The position numbers and the translations under genes were made by a program. The notes under the pieces are model-generated. The model was given only the letters and a program-made list of their open reading frames with translations, was not told where the DNA came from and did not search any database. This document shows, in pieces, positions 26,481 through 39,700 of a DNA stretch of 64,000 bases; positions within the stretch are counted from its first letter, which is position 1, and every line of letters begins with the position of its first letter. Origin of the DNA: Monocercomonoides exilis PA203 (lineage: Eukaryota; Protista; Preaxostyla); NCBI GenBank assembly GCA_001643675.2, contig LSRY02000004.1, positions 1,116,001-1,180,000 of the forward strand, in the 5' to 3' direction.

Positions 26481-27141
26481 TTTCGAACAGAACAATTAAT
26501 CCTCCTTTCCCCTTCAGTCGAGTTCCAAGGCCTGTTAGCATCCATGATTGAGAGAATAACAAAAGCGGGAGGTGGCCATTCAGAAAGAGTGTGAAGATGG
26601 TGTTTCGAAAGAAAGAATGAAGGTAGAAAAAGGCAGGTCGTTAAGTATTTTGTTCCTTTTTCGCATGGAAATTTGGATGTTCCTGTGTTCAGTGGAATCA
26701 ATATTTGTTTTGAAGTCCGAGAAAATAAAAAAGATGAAGTTAGCGAGTCATATGGAAACATTGTGGATGAAAGCGTAAAAAATGATGCAGTTAAAGCATA
26801 TGCAACTCCATATGTGTTCAACATTATTTTTTCTTCCATCTGATGTTGCGAACCAGCAGCCATCTGGTGTGTTAAAAAAAAATCGATGTGATGCACTTCA
26901 TCAAATACAAAGAATCGAGTTCGTCTCGTTGAAGAGGCTCCTCTTTCTGCATAATTCGTTCTCTTCAAACGGAAGAATGCTCTTGGCTTTTCCCGCTAAG
27001 CAATAGATCGCCTTTGTTGTCTTCGTTGCCTCTTTCTCTTCGTCTGCTTCATCAGCTTCCGCTCCTCTGCTTCTGTTCAGTTTCTGCTAAAAACTCGTGA
27101 ATCTTTATTTCCTTCTGTTCCGTCTTTTTCTTTTTTTTTCC

Positions 27142-29900
27142 TCACCTCTTCTTTCTTCTCCAAATGCTTTCATCATGTGATTTAACATTTATTCTCCAAC
27201 CGCTGTCTATGTTCCGCAGCACAATCACTCGGGTTGTCAATTGAATTGTTGGCATTGAATGAGTTCTGAAATATATATCAGTTTTATTTCCCTTGTGCTT
27301 GCGATGTGAGATGATGAAAAGAATATGAACTTTGCGGCTCAGGTTGAACGAATGAACATCCAACTGTAAGCGAGAGGATTGGGGCAGAAGAAGAAAAAGG
27401 AGAAATAGGCTGTGAATAACCCACTGTTTTTTGCCTATTCTTTAAGGAGAAGGACCATTTCTGTCCATTCTCATTCTGCTTGCACATCAGTCCTTGTGGA
27501 AGCAGACTGTGCTCCCTCTGTGTCTTCTCCTGAGAGTTTCTATGAACAAACAACGATTCCAAAATGATGCCTGTGGAAGTTACAAACCTTCGCCAAATTA
27601 ATAGATGTTTTCATTTGCGACTCAATGTCGGACTTGAGCAGCAGCTTGGGATCTTCACAGAAGTGCATTTTGCGCCGCCAGCGAAAGATGTATTTTTTCT
27701 GTGCATTTAACGGTTTGATTGCATTCCTATCCTTCTTTATATCTAATTCAGGATGGAAAATATGATATTCATCTCTCAAGGCTGTACCAGAGTCACAGTT
27801 GGTGATTAACACTATTCCATCGAAAACATCTCTAATAATCCTTCTCTCACTCTGATCGATACACATGTCGAAATGAAATCAAACACTGGAATACATCATG
27901 AAACTCCCTTGCTTTTTTGCTGCGTTTCACATATTTATCACACAGCTGGAGTCGATGACGATGAGCTTTTTAACGACAAATATGAACAAGATGGAGATGA
28001 TAGGTGATTGATGACTTTGTGCATTTCGGTTGGAGAGTTCGATGTCTCATCTCACAAATATTTGTTGTCTTCACATTGCGATCTCATTTTCTTTCTTCTT
28101 CAGCTTTTTTTTCATCGCAATCAGTCTCCTTCATCGCTTCAACATTTTCTTTCTTTCTTTCTTTTTCTCTTTTCTTTTCCATTAACATCTTTCTTATTTC
28201 CTTCTTCGACCTTTTCCTATATAAGATGCATTTGCAGTATTTGTATATATGTTTCTGCTATTCTTTTCTGCATTCTTGTTTCCATCTTTCGATGCATTAA
28301 CTGTTTTGTCTCTTTCGCCTATTGACTGCCTGATGCGTCCAACAACTTCCTGTGTGTTTATTGACCTTCTTTTCATAACGGGATCGTAAGAGGCTGTGAT
28401 CAAACATTGTATCTTTCCATTCAGTGCACCGAAGTGATGGCTTATGAATGGAAGCTCATCAACTCGTCGACTTCTATGAGATGGACTTTCAGACAAGGAC
28501 AAGGAAGGCTTTTGCAGAGGAAAGAAGAAGATGAAGGAGAAGAACGGTGAGTGAAAAGAAACAAATGATGGATGAGGTTCTGAATAAAAGAAGTGAAGTT
28601 TGTTTCAAGCTGAATTCTTGAGGGAAAATGTTTATTTATTTGAATTTGAAGAAAATGAAGTATTTGTGGAAGAAGAAAACGAAGAAGATAAAGATAAGGA
28701 TGAAGATGAAGAAGCAGACAAACGATGTTTGGTGGAAGTTGAGACAGTTCCAAAGCTGTCCTTTTTGCAGTCTTCTGCAGAATCGTCTGCTGAGCCTGTG
28801 TCTGATTCTGAAACAAAATGCTTTCTGCCTCTTTTGAAATCATCCATTTGCGTGAGTGGAACATGAGGCGGCAGTCAATAAACTTTGCTTTGTAGAATAG
28901 CAGCAGCTCACTTTTTTTTGCAGGCTCTTTAGCATTTCACTGGAGCAAATCCCAGGCTACGAAGAGAGAAGAGAAGGATTCATAACATCATTATACAGCC
29001 TCATATGCATTGGCAGTGAAAAGTGCAAATTGACAATCATCAATGTGGTTTTGGCCTTCGTGACTGGATCAAAGATATGCTCATATAACCCATCCTCAAA
29101 AATCAATGTGACTGTTCATCTGCTGCTCATCGCCTTTGCTCCCCAGTTGGTTCGGTAGCACCCCTCTCATTTCCTGAATCAGCTGTAATATCTCGTTGTT
29201 TATCTTTAAGGAAACCAGAACCTGCCATGTTGTCAGATCAAACTCCATCATCTCCTTTTCCCCGGTATATATCTACTATCAAATAGCACAGCCTTGCATG
29301 GCTTCCACAAATTGAGAGAAGTTAGATGCTTGGAATGAAACCCGTATCTCTGCTCCTTTTGTGAAGCATGCAGCAGAGCCATCATTCCTCTTACAAACAG
29401 ATAGATAAACCTCATTCCCGGACTTCTCTTGCTTCAATCCTGGGCGAAAAAATAAATAAGTTAAGAAGAAAAAGAAAATTGAGCACTTTGAGCTGAATAA
29501 GACGGAGTCAGACTTCTTTTTGCAGGTGGTATCAAAATGAAATCAAGTTTCATCTCCATGTTTAAATTCCTTGCTGTGTATTTGCAAGTGCTTGTACTAA
29601 ATTGTGTGCGAATTCTCTTATAAAAGAAATCGATGGCCCGAAGCTGACTCTATCCATCTCAAAGTCTTAAGAGGCTTCAGTAATGGATCTTCTTGTTCAG
29701 CACACAAATCATTTCTATGGCACATATACTTTATGAACGCACAATTCATCATTTTCTTCTTCAATGAAAATGAAAATTTATCTGTCTTCTTCAAAATCTA
29801 AGGAATTTCTTTTTCATTTTCTTTCTTCCGAAAAAAATAATGAATTGTGATTATCTTCATATTTTCGCTTCTTATAGCAATTTCCATTTGAATGAGTCTC
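27142..29900 (-). pseudogene. Decayed hAT transposase, main relic, copy A; boundaries approximate
   Basis: Mirror image of the copy B relic: TSNSPTEMHKV, HRLQL, RWNS 45 codons later in the same frame, and ILSLTVGCSF. Many stops and frameshifts. Confidence 0.6.
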
Positions 29901-30345
29901 TTTTCCTTTTGAATTCGTAATTAAATTATTCAAATTATCACAATAAATATTAAAATATCTTCACAAGCATTGACAACTTGTTAAATATCTATATCCTGCC
30001 TTACGTATTCAAACTTAAAAGCAAAGATATGAGTTAAACCTTCGACATATTTTTTCCAGCGGTTTCCAGGAATATTGTGTTTTTAAACAAAATAAAAAAA
30101 AATATAATTATGGATTCAATTCAATTTCTTTTAACAGATTTTAATTATTTAAATATTAATATCCATAAACAGAAAAAGTGTGTAACAAAATGTGGCATCA
30201 AACGAATGAAAATATCGAAAAATATATCAAAAACACATATTCTATCTCTGTCATATTTTAATGAATGTTTCTTATTATTTTCTTTGAACAGAATAAATAA
30301 AAAAACAATGTTTGAAAGACAAAACGATTTCAAAATAGAACATTC

Positions 30346-30432
30346 GTTCGACAGATTGATCTTTTCGACCGACTGATCTTTTCTACCGACTGATCTTTGT
30401 CGTTCGACTGATCTCGACAAAGATCTGTCGAT
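30346..30432. repeat. hAT subterminal repeat array (CGACTGATCTTT-like units); mirrored at ~37004-37090
   Basis: Several CpG-rich units ~230-300 bp from the element end. The related GTCGGTCGA also occurs near both termini (~25308, ~30603). Confidence 0.7.
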
Positions 30433-30793
30433 AACCCATTGAATATTTAAAATATCAAAAAACTATATATTTGTTTGCTCGAATCTTGTGAAATTTTATT
30501 TTATAAATAATTAAAAATATAACTCAATGAAAACAAAAAGGCAATATTTAAATATAAATGTTTTTTCATCTTACAAAAAATTAAATTCAAGCGAACTGTT
30601 TTGTCGGTCGACTTGTCGAGCTGATGAAAAAATGTCTGTCTGTCGCAAAGGCCTAGCATATATGGTTGATTATTTTTGAAGTCATATGGGTGATTTTTTT
30701 TGATATCATAAAAAATACCGACGTTTGATCAAAAATTAATTTCATTAAGGGTTGCTTAAAAAAGAAAAATGAAAGAGGTAATCATTCAAATAT

Positions 30794-31048
30794 GGGTGAT
30801 TATTTTTAAATTCATATTTTCTCGGTTAAATATTTCGATTTAAAAAGATCCATTGAATATCAACAAACGAACAATGAGAAATGAAAAGACTTATTAAAGA
30901 CATCTTCATCTTTATTTGAGTTGAAACATGTGTTTTTGAAAACAGTTGAAATGTATTTAGCATTTGAATATAAAATCTCTTAAAGTGATAATCAATCTTT
31001 GAAAAAACAACACCCCGAAAAAAATTATGATTTCAAAAATAATCACCC
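30794..31048. mobile_element. 255-bp MITE of the ATAT|GGGTGATT family, nested in the previous element
   Basis: Ends GGGTGATTATTTTTAAATTCATA and (reverse complement) GGGTGATTATTTTTGAAATCATA. ATAT on both sides (30790-30793, 31049-31052). Confidence 0.75.
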
Positions 31049-32659
31049 ATATATTGCTTTATATATGGTTGTTGTTGTTTATAAATAAATTTAAATTTGT
31101 TTCTAATTGTTTTTGCTTCAAATTTTGAAGAAAATTCCTCAAATTTATCCAAAAATTACAAATCTTTTTTAAACAGAATTAAACTTGAAATTTCATGCAA
31201 ACAAAATATGAATGCAACAACTTAGATAAAGTATTCGACAAATATCTTCTTTTTAATTTGCAGAAAAATGTTATTGAAAAAGAAAAAAAAAATTGATTTG
31301 TTGAAACCAACAAATAATAGAAAAAATTAATCAACTTTTGACAATTAATAATTATCACAGTTGGTTCACCTACATTCGCTTCTCTTTCTACTGTTTCGTT
31401 ATCTTTCTCTTCTGAATAATGTAAAAATTTGTGTATTTTACTCATTTCCGCCCTTTTCATTAAAAAAACTTCTTTTTCCAAAAATATAACATCCCATTTC
31501 CATCCCAATCCCTTCACCCTAGGCACTTTCCATATGAATTCGCTCTCCCAACTCAATGGCCACCCTGCACAACGAGATATCCCAATTTTATTCATTTTCT
31601 ATCTTTTCCGCCTCCTGCCCTGAAAGAAACACAAAAACATTCAACAGACAAATATTCATATAAATAAAATAAATAAAGACCAGACTGCGCTTCAACTGTT
31701 TTTTTTGTCAAACAGCCTCATTTCCACAGCCATCATCATTCAAAAAATCAATCTCTTCATTTCAGTCTCAGAATGGTCAAATTGCAGTACTGAATGCATC
31801 TCCACAAAATAATTCATAAATCTCATTGGAAGGTCTTTTCAGCCCGTATACATTGTGGCTGATGTCCAGAGGTGTTTTTTCTGTTTTTGGTATGATCTTC
31901 TCCTTTAATAATATTCTCAACCACCAAAAGAAGTATTTGATGTTTATCTCGTCAACATCAGGCACATGAGGGATATGGGGCAGAGAAGAGATGGAAGAAT
32001 ATTTTTTGTGGCAGGGGGTGGGAGTTGGATGCTTTTTTGAATGTTTATATTTCAAGAATGATTTTTGAATGAAAGAAATTCTGAGACAAAGGGGTGGGGA
32101 AGAGTGGGTGGAAATTCGGAGAAGAAAATGAAGAAAACATATAGAGAAGTGATTGGAGATGATGACGAAGGTGTTTATTGTTGATGGGAGATATGGAATT
32201 TGAAAAAAAAAGGAAAAGAGGGCAAAAGCGGGAAAGAAGATGGATATTCTGAAGTATTCAAATGGAAGAGGGATATTTTTTGAGAGGAGAAGATTTTTTT
32301 GGAAGAGAATGGGAAAGATGAAGAAAAGGAGGGGGTTGATTTTTTCTGATGATTTTGTGAGCTGAATGGAAGAGGAAAAATGGAAAGGAATGGAAATTGA
32401 GAGATATTTATTTTCTATTTTTTGAAGAGAAAGGAGAGGAAATTGCAAAAAGAAAGTGAATTGACTTTGAAGAAATACAGCAAGATTGATTTCCACAATC
32501 TGTTCGTCACAAATTTTGTGATTGAGTTTTTCTAACCAGTCTGAAGTTAATGCATCAAGCGATCCGTTTTGGCCAATCAACAATTTCATGCAAATTATTC
32601 TCAACTTCATAAATGTTGTTCAACTGTTTTCGCATTTCTCTGTCACATCATTTCTTCTC

Positions 32660-32826
32660 CTTCTTCTTCACCTTCTTCTTCTTCACCTTCTTCTTCTTCA
32701 CCTTCTTCTTCTTCACCTTCTTCTTCTTCACCTTCTTCTTCTTCACCTTCTTCTTCTTCACCTTCTTCTTCTTCACCTTCTTCTTCTTCACCTTCTTCTT
32801 CTTTACCTTCTTCTTCTTCTTCTTCT
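32660..32826 (+). repeat. 15-bp tandem repeat (CTTCTTCTTCTTCAC)n
   Basis: About 9-10 visible units, reading as (PSSSS)n or (HLLLL)n. Confidence 0.9.
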
Positions 32827-35800
32827 GTTATATTTCCTTTTTCTTCGTATCAGAACGGACCATCGACCTTCAGATGCTTGTGAACTGTTCAATCAGCAGG
32901 TTGATTACACCTTCTAAATATTATTTCATTCAATTTTCCTTCTCCAAACAGCATCATCATCAATGTCAATGCATTTCGTAACTTCGCAGGATGGGCATTT
33001 GTACCGCTTTCCTATTCCATTGCGGTTCATCCAGCTCTGCTTCAACGTTTCGAATGAAATCCGTGCACCGACTGTGCAGAATGAGGTGAATAAGTGTCGA
33101 ACGAGAAATGGCAATGGGAGGGGGAAGGAGCTGTTGGGCATATTGCGTTCATCCGCTCACGTCACAACACCGCCAAGAAGCGAAGAGATGGGAGTACGAG
33201 TTCAAATGGATGAGGCAAAGAAGGTGGATTTCAGAAGCTAGCTGTCCGAGGAGCAGAGGAAAGGGAATCAATATGAAGATCCAAAGACAAAGAAGAGGAC
33301 GAATGAGAATGGTGAGTTTTGCACATCGCAAATCAACGCTTTCGATACAAGACATGCAAAGGCAGCAACATGAAAAAAAGGAATGGGAATGGGAAGGGAA
33401 AGGGGAAGGAGAAGGGGAAGGAGAAGGGGAAGGGAAAGGGGAAGGAGAAGGGGAAGGAGAAGGAGAAGTTATTCCGTCCCTCATTTCCGCTTTAAAGTCT
33501 GCGTGAAGCTGCTGAATGAGGGAAATACTGCTGGCAGATCTCTCAATTGAAGTCTTTATTGGGCCAAGCGAAAGAGGAAGATGAAGAATTGGAGAATGCG
33601 ATGAAGGAGCTCAAAAAAAGAAGAAAATAAAATGGTGTTCATGTTGAGCATCTCCTCACACACAAGGTCATCAACGCACTTTGTCTCAACTGCCTTCTCT
33701 CCTCTCCTGACCTTCGCAGCTGACTCCATAGATTGCCTCGGCTTCAATGCTTTACCGCACCAATCCTACAAACATTCGCTCCACTTACAGCCATTAGAGC
33801 ACATGCGGCCCCTGGCTCAAAAAGGAGGCAGGACAGCACAGATACAGCTCAATACAATCCAGCGAGTATAGTTGAGCAGCCATATCGTAGTCACCAAACC
33901 CCATTCTCAATCTCAAATGCAGCTTTCTGCTTTCAGAATTGTATTTGAAAGAGCGGATATTCAATTTCTCAGTGATTTGAATCTTCTCATTCATTCCATT
34001 CCTTTTATTCTTCTCCATCTTTTTCACCTTCTGCACACTCCTCTTCTTCTTCTCCAAAACCGCAACTTATGTCACAATCTGAATTCTTTCTGATTGTCGG
34101 TGCCAACGTAGCAACCAATCGAACAGAACTTGTCGACAACTCAGGAGGAGTTGACAAGAACTGCCTAAACTGCTTTGAGGACGAACATGTGCCAGAGCAG
34201 TTGAAAGGGAAGCGAAATGATAAAATGATCAGTCCATGTCAAACTTCACAAGGGAGGGAAGAACAGAACATGCAATTGTTTAACTGCTTTTGATGATACT
34301 GAGAGCCGAAGGAAGAGAGAGAATTGGGAAGATTTTAAAGAAGAGAAGTGAACAGTTTTGAACATCGAAATGAGTCGCTTGAAAATCAAATGAAAAAATA
34401 GCCATATGGCAAAATGAGTGCAATGGTAGAGAGAGAGAGTCAAATGAAGTGGAATCCAAAACAAAAGAAAAAGATAAGCAAGAGAAAGAGAAAGAAAAAG
34501 TAATGAAATGAGGGAAAAAATAGCATTTACGAAAAAAGAATGAGGGTTGTGTCAAATTCAATGTAGATTTTGACGCTTGAGTTGCAAGAGCAGGAACTTT
34601 TGAAGAGCTTGCAGTTTGTGAAAGAAGAATAAGATGAGTCTGATAAAAAATGAGAAAGAAGAGGAAGGATATTCAAGAAGGGGAGAGGAAGTTGCATTTG
34701 CAAAATTTGAACGCGTTGAAACAGAATTTGCGACGAAAAACATAATTAACTCAAAGACTGAAGGATTGATAGAAAACAAAAGAAAAACAGAAAAGCAGAT
34801 GATGCTAGAAAAGTAGCGAGTATTTTTTAAGGAAGAAGAGAAAGATTGTTAGCGGGGAAGTTAATAGAAGTTAGTTGAGTGGACGAGCTTGCAAAGATAC
34901 AGAAAAGTGGAAGGAATTCGAGCATTTAATGAGAGGTTATTTACCTGTTTGTGGTGATGTTATGGTAGTGTATGAAGAGAAAGATGCAGAAGCTTTATGA
35001 AAGCTGGGAAAAACAACTGATTCTTTTGTCTTCAAGAAGATGCGGCAAATGGGAAGGAAGCGAAACATAGAGCAGAAGCTGAGACAGCGCTTGTAAAGAA
35101 GACGCAAAGAAACCCGGTTTTTATTCTGGAGTGAAAATAAAGAAGAGAGAATAAACTTGGGAGAAGGGAGAAGAATACTTGAAAGACAGAGGAATTGTGG
35201 TGGAAGAGCAAAGGAGTTTGTATAAATCAACGGTCTTTACTTCTTCAGCCGTTGAAAAGATCTCCATTTTCGTCAAGTTTGAATTGGAGATGGGTTTTTT
35301 GTGAAATCATATGCAAAACGCTCTGCATGCCAATATTCGCTGTATTCTCGCTCTTTTCAAACCCATTCTTCCAAAATTTACTCAGCATCCAGAAAAAGAT
35401 CTGATGAAAGTTGATATTTTTCTTTATTCAAGCAATTAAACGAATGTGCACTTTGTCCTTCACCAAACACTTTCTTCATTGATTTTCTTATTTTGCTCTT
35501 CTTTGACAATGTCCCCTCAATTCTTGGTCCAATTATCACCATTCCAACTCCCATGCTCTCCCCAATCAATCCTTTCTCTTCTTCTTTCTCGATATCATCT
35601 CAACAACTTACATCATCTTTGGTCATCAAGAGCACCAAAACACCGATTAATCGGAACAATCAATTTTTTACACCTTATGTCCCGCACCTTCTTCAAAAGC
35701 CCATTTGTTTTGTGCGCACTCTCGCATTTCTCATTTTGCAATTCGCAAAACAATTATTCAATACAATGAACATATTCTGTACGCCATATTAGCAAAGAAA

Positions 35801-36780
35801 CCATCCAGTTATATTAACAACCCAACATTTCAATTGCTGAATGCTTCTGTTCTTTCGTTCCCAACAATAGAATTTATTTTATTGAGTGATGCTTCTCATG
35901 AGGAGAACAGTGACTCTTTCTCAGAAGCGATACGAGACTCGAGCGCAAAACACATATCTCTTCTGTGTCTTCCTCATTCATTCACTTTCTCGTTCACACA
36001 GAACAGGCTGAACTTTGTGAAAAGAAAAACGTGATTAAAGAGAAGATTTGCGGGAGCTGTTGGAGTTATCAAGGATCGCAGTGATAAGAATTATGAAAAA
36101 GTGCAAAAAGGAGAATCTGACAATATCAGAGCCATATTCGAAAGAAGATTTGGATGAGGAAGAGTTGAAAGGGAAGGAAGAAGAGCGAATGATATAGAAT
36201 GAAGTTGTTTAATCTATGGATCTGGAAAAGAGAAAGAGATGCTAAGATAAAGTTTGATATTGTTTTAAGTGTAATTTGATAATCTACAATTTCGTTTACG
36301 TTTGATGAAGCCGTTGAGCTATATGGCTGTTTTGAAAACTTGGTGACTTCATTTCAAATGAAGAAAAAGATAATTCATTTATTTTTACAGAATATTTTAA
36401 TTTTCGAAAAATTTGCAATATTTTCAAGATCTTTCAATATTTTTTCTTTTATAACCTCTGCTTTACAGGTTAAGAACTTTTATTGTATCTTTCTGATGAA
36501 TTTTTTGGACAAACTTTATAAATTTTTGGTTTATTCTTATCAAACTTGATCAATAATTTATTTTTCATTCAAAATTTAAAAAAAATATGCTTTTTTTGCA
36601 TATAATAATAAAACAAATATATATTACAGAAATAAAAGCTTAATACTTGTAATAAATCAATTAACCTCAATGATCAATAAATACCACTAAAATTTAATTT
36701 TTTCGATTTTTGATCTTTTTTTATGATGTCAAAAAAAATCACCCATATAGTTATTATTTATTATTTGTTGATATTTATTT

Positions 36781-39700
36781 TAGGCCTTTGCGACAGACAG
36801 ACATTTTTTCATCAGCTCGACAAGTCGACCGACAAAACAGTTCGCTTGAATTTAATTTTTTGTAAGATGAAAAAACATTTATATTTAAATATTGCCTTTT
36901 TGTTTTCATTGAGTTATATTTTTAATTATTTATAAAATAAAATTTCACAAGATTCGAGCAAACAAATATATAGTTTTTTGATATTTTAAATATTCAATGG
37001 GTTATCGACAGATCTTTGTCGAGATCAGTCGAACGACAAAGATCAGTCGGTAGAAAAGATCAGTCGGTCGAAAAGATCAATCTGTCGAACGAATGTTCTA
37101 TTTTGAAATCGTTTTGTCTTTCAAACATTGTTTTTTTATTTATTCTGTTCAAAGAAAATAATAAGAAACATTCATTAAAATATGACAGAGATAGAATATG
37201 TGTTTTTGATATATTTTTCGATATTTTCATTCGTTTGATGCCACATTTTGTTACACACTTTTTCTGTTTATGGATATTAATATTTAAATAATTAAAATCT
37301 GTTAAAAGAAATTGAATTGAATCCATAATTATATTTTTTTTTATTTTGTTTAAAAACACAATATTCCTGGAAACCGCTGGAAAAAATATGTCGAAGGTTT
37401 AACTCATATCTTTGCTTTTAAGTTTGAATACGTAAGGCAGGATATAGATATTTAACAAGTTGTCAATGCTTGTGAAGATATTTTAATATTTATTGTGATA
37501 ATTTGAATAATTTAATTACGAATTCAAAAGGAAAAGAGACTCATTCAAATGGAAATTGCTATAAGAAGCGAAAATATGAAGATAATCACAATTCATTATT
37601 TTTTCGGAAGAAAGAAAATGAAAAAGAAATTCCTTAGATTTTGAAGAAGACAGATAAATTTTCATTTTCATTGAAGAAGAAAATGATGAATTGTGCGTTC
37701 ATAAAGTATATGTGCCATAGAAATGATTTGTGTGCTGAACAAGAAGATCCATTACTGAAGCCTCTTAAGACTTTGAGATGGATAGAGTCAGCTTCGGGCC
37801 ATCGATTTCTTTTATAAGAGAATTCGCACACAATTTAGTACAAGCACTTGCAAATACACAGCAAGGAATTTAAACATGGAGATGAAACTTGATTTCATTT
37901 TGATACCACCTGCAAAAAGAAGTCTGACTCCGTCTTATTCAGCTCAAAGTGCTCAATTTTCTTTTTCTTCTTAACTTATTTATTTTTTCGCCCAGGATTG
38001 AAGCAAGAGAAGTCCGGGAATGAGGTTTATCTATCTGTTTGTAAGAGGAATGATGGCTCTGCTGCATGCTTCACAAAAGGAGCAGAGATACGGGTTTCAT
38101 TCCAAGCATCTAACTTCTCTCAATTTGTGGAAGCCATGCAAGGCTGTGCTATTTGATAGTAGATATATACCGGGGAAAAGGAGATGATGGAGTTTGATCT
38201 GACAACATGGCAGGTTCTGGTTTCCTTAAAGATAAACAACGAGATATTACAGCTGATTCAGGAAATGAGAGGGGTGCTACCGAACCAACTGGGGAGCAAA
38301 GGCGATGAGCAGCAGATGAACAGTCACATTGATTTTTGAGGATGGGTTATATGAGCATATCTTTGATCCAGTCACGAAGGCCAAAACCACATTGATGATT
38401 GTCAATTTGCACTTTTCACTGCCAATGCATATGAGGCTGTATAATGATGTTATGAATCCTTCTCTTCTCTCTTCGTAGCCTGGGATTTGCTCCAGTGAAA
38501 TGCTAAAGAGCCTGCAAAAAAAAGTGAGCTGCTGCTATTCTACAAAGCAAAGTTTATTGACTGCCGCCTCATGTTCCACTCACGCAAATGGATGATTTCA
38601 AAAGAGGCAGAAAGCATTTTGTTTCAGAATCAGACACAGGCTCAGCAGACGATTCTGCAGAAGACTGCAAAAAGGACAGCTTTGGAACTGTCTCAACTTC
38701 CACCAAACATCGTTTGTCTGCTTCTTCATCTTCATCCTTATCTTTATCTTCTTCGTTTTCTTCTTCCACAAATACTTCATTTTCTTCAAATTCAAATAAA
38801 TAAACATTTTCCCTCAAGAATTCAGCTTGAAACAAACTTCACTTCTTTTATTCAGAACCTCATCCATCATTTGTTTCTTTTCACTCACCGTTCTTCTCCT
38901 TCATCTTCTTCTTTCCTCTGCAAAAGCCTTCCTTGTCCTTGTCTGAAAGTCCATCTCATAGAAGTCGACGAGTTGATGAGCTTCCATTCATAAGCCATCA
39001 CTTCGGTGCACTGAATGGAAAGATACAATGTTTGATCACAGCCTCTTACGATCCCGTTATGAAAAGAAGGTCAATAAACACACAGGAAGTTGTTGGACGC
39101 ATCAGGCAGTCAATAGGCGAAAGAGACAAAACAGTTAATGCATCGAAAGATGGAAACAAGAATGCAGAAAAGAATAGCAGAAACATATATACAAATACTG
39201 CAAATGCATCTTATATAGGAAAAGGTCGAAGAAGGAAATAAGAAAGATGTTAATGGAAAAGAAAAGAGAAAAAGAAAGAAAGAAAGAAAATGTTGAAGCG
39301 ATGAAGGAGACTGATTGCGATGAAAAAAAAGCTGAAGAAGAAAGAAAATGAGATCGCAATGTGAAGACAACAAATATTTGTGAGATGAGACATCGAACTC
39401 TCCAACCGAAATGCACAAAGTCATCAATCACCTATCATCTCCATCTTGTTCATATTTGTCGTTAAAAAGCTCATCGTCATCGACTCCAGCTGTGTGATAA
39501 ATATGTGAAACGCAGCAAAAAAGCAAGGGAGTTTCATGATGTATTCCAGTGTTTGATTTCATTTCGACATGTGTATCGATCAGAGTGAGAGAAGGATTAT
39601 TAGAGATGTTTTCGATGGAATAGTGTTAATCACCAACTGTGACTCTGGTACAGCCTTGAGAGATGAATATCATATTTTCCATCCTGAATTAGATATAAAG

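Larger units (their letters stand above)
25272..30655 (-). mobile_element. hAT DNA transposon, copy A (non-autonomous, 5384 bp)
   Basis: 15-bp TIR TAGGCCTTTGCGACA at both ends. 8-bp TSD GCATATAT at 25264-25271 and 30656-30663. Decayed hAT motifs HRLQL and RWNS on the minus strand (~27957 and ~27822). Confidence 0.92.
30688..36744. mobile_element. Non-autonomous TIR element, 6057 bp, ATAT-flanked, containing gene fragments (Pack-type candidate)
   Basis: 28-bp TIR GGGTGATTTTTTTTGA(T/C)ATCATAAAAAA with 1 mismatch. ATAT at 30684-30687 and 36745-36748. No intact transposase seen inside. Confidence 0.7.

Noticed and set aside
30346-30432. CRISPR-like array
   Set aside because: The units are short and contiguous with no unique spacers, and the context is a eukaryotic transposon.
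25272-30655. Tc1/mariner classification from a flanking TA
   Set aside because: The TA is part of the TIR. True 8-bp TSDs lie outside it in both copies.
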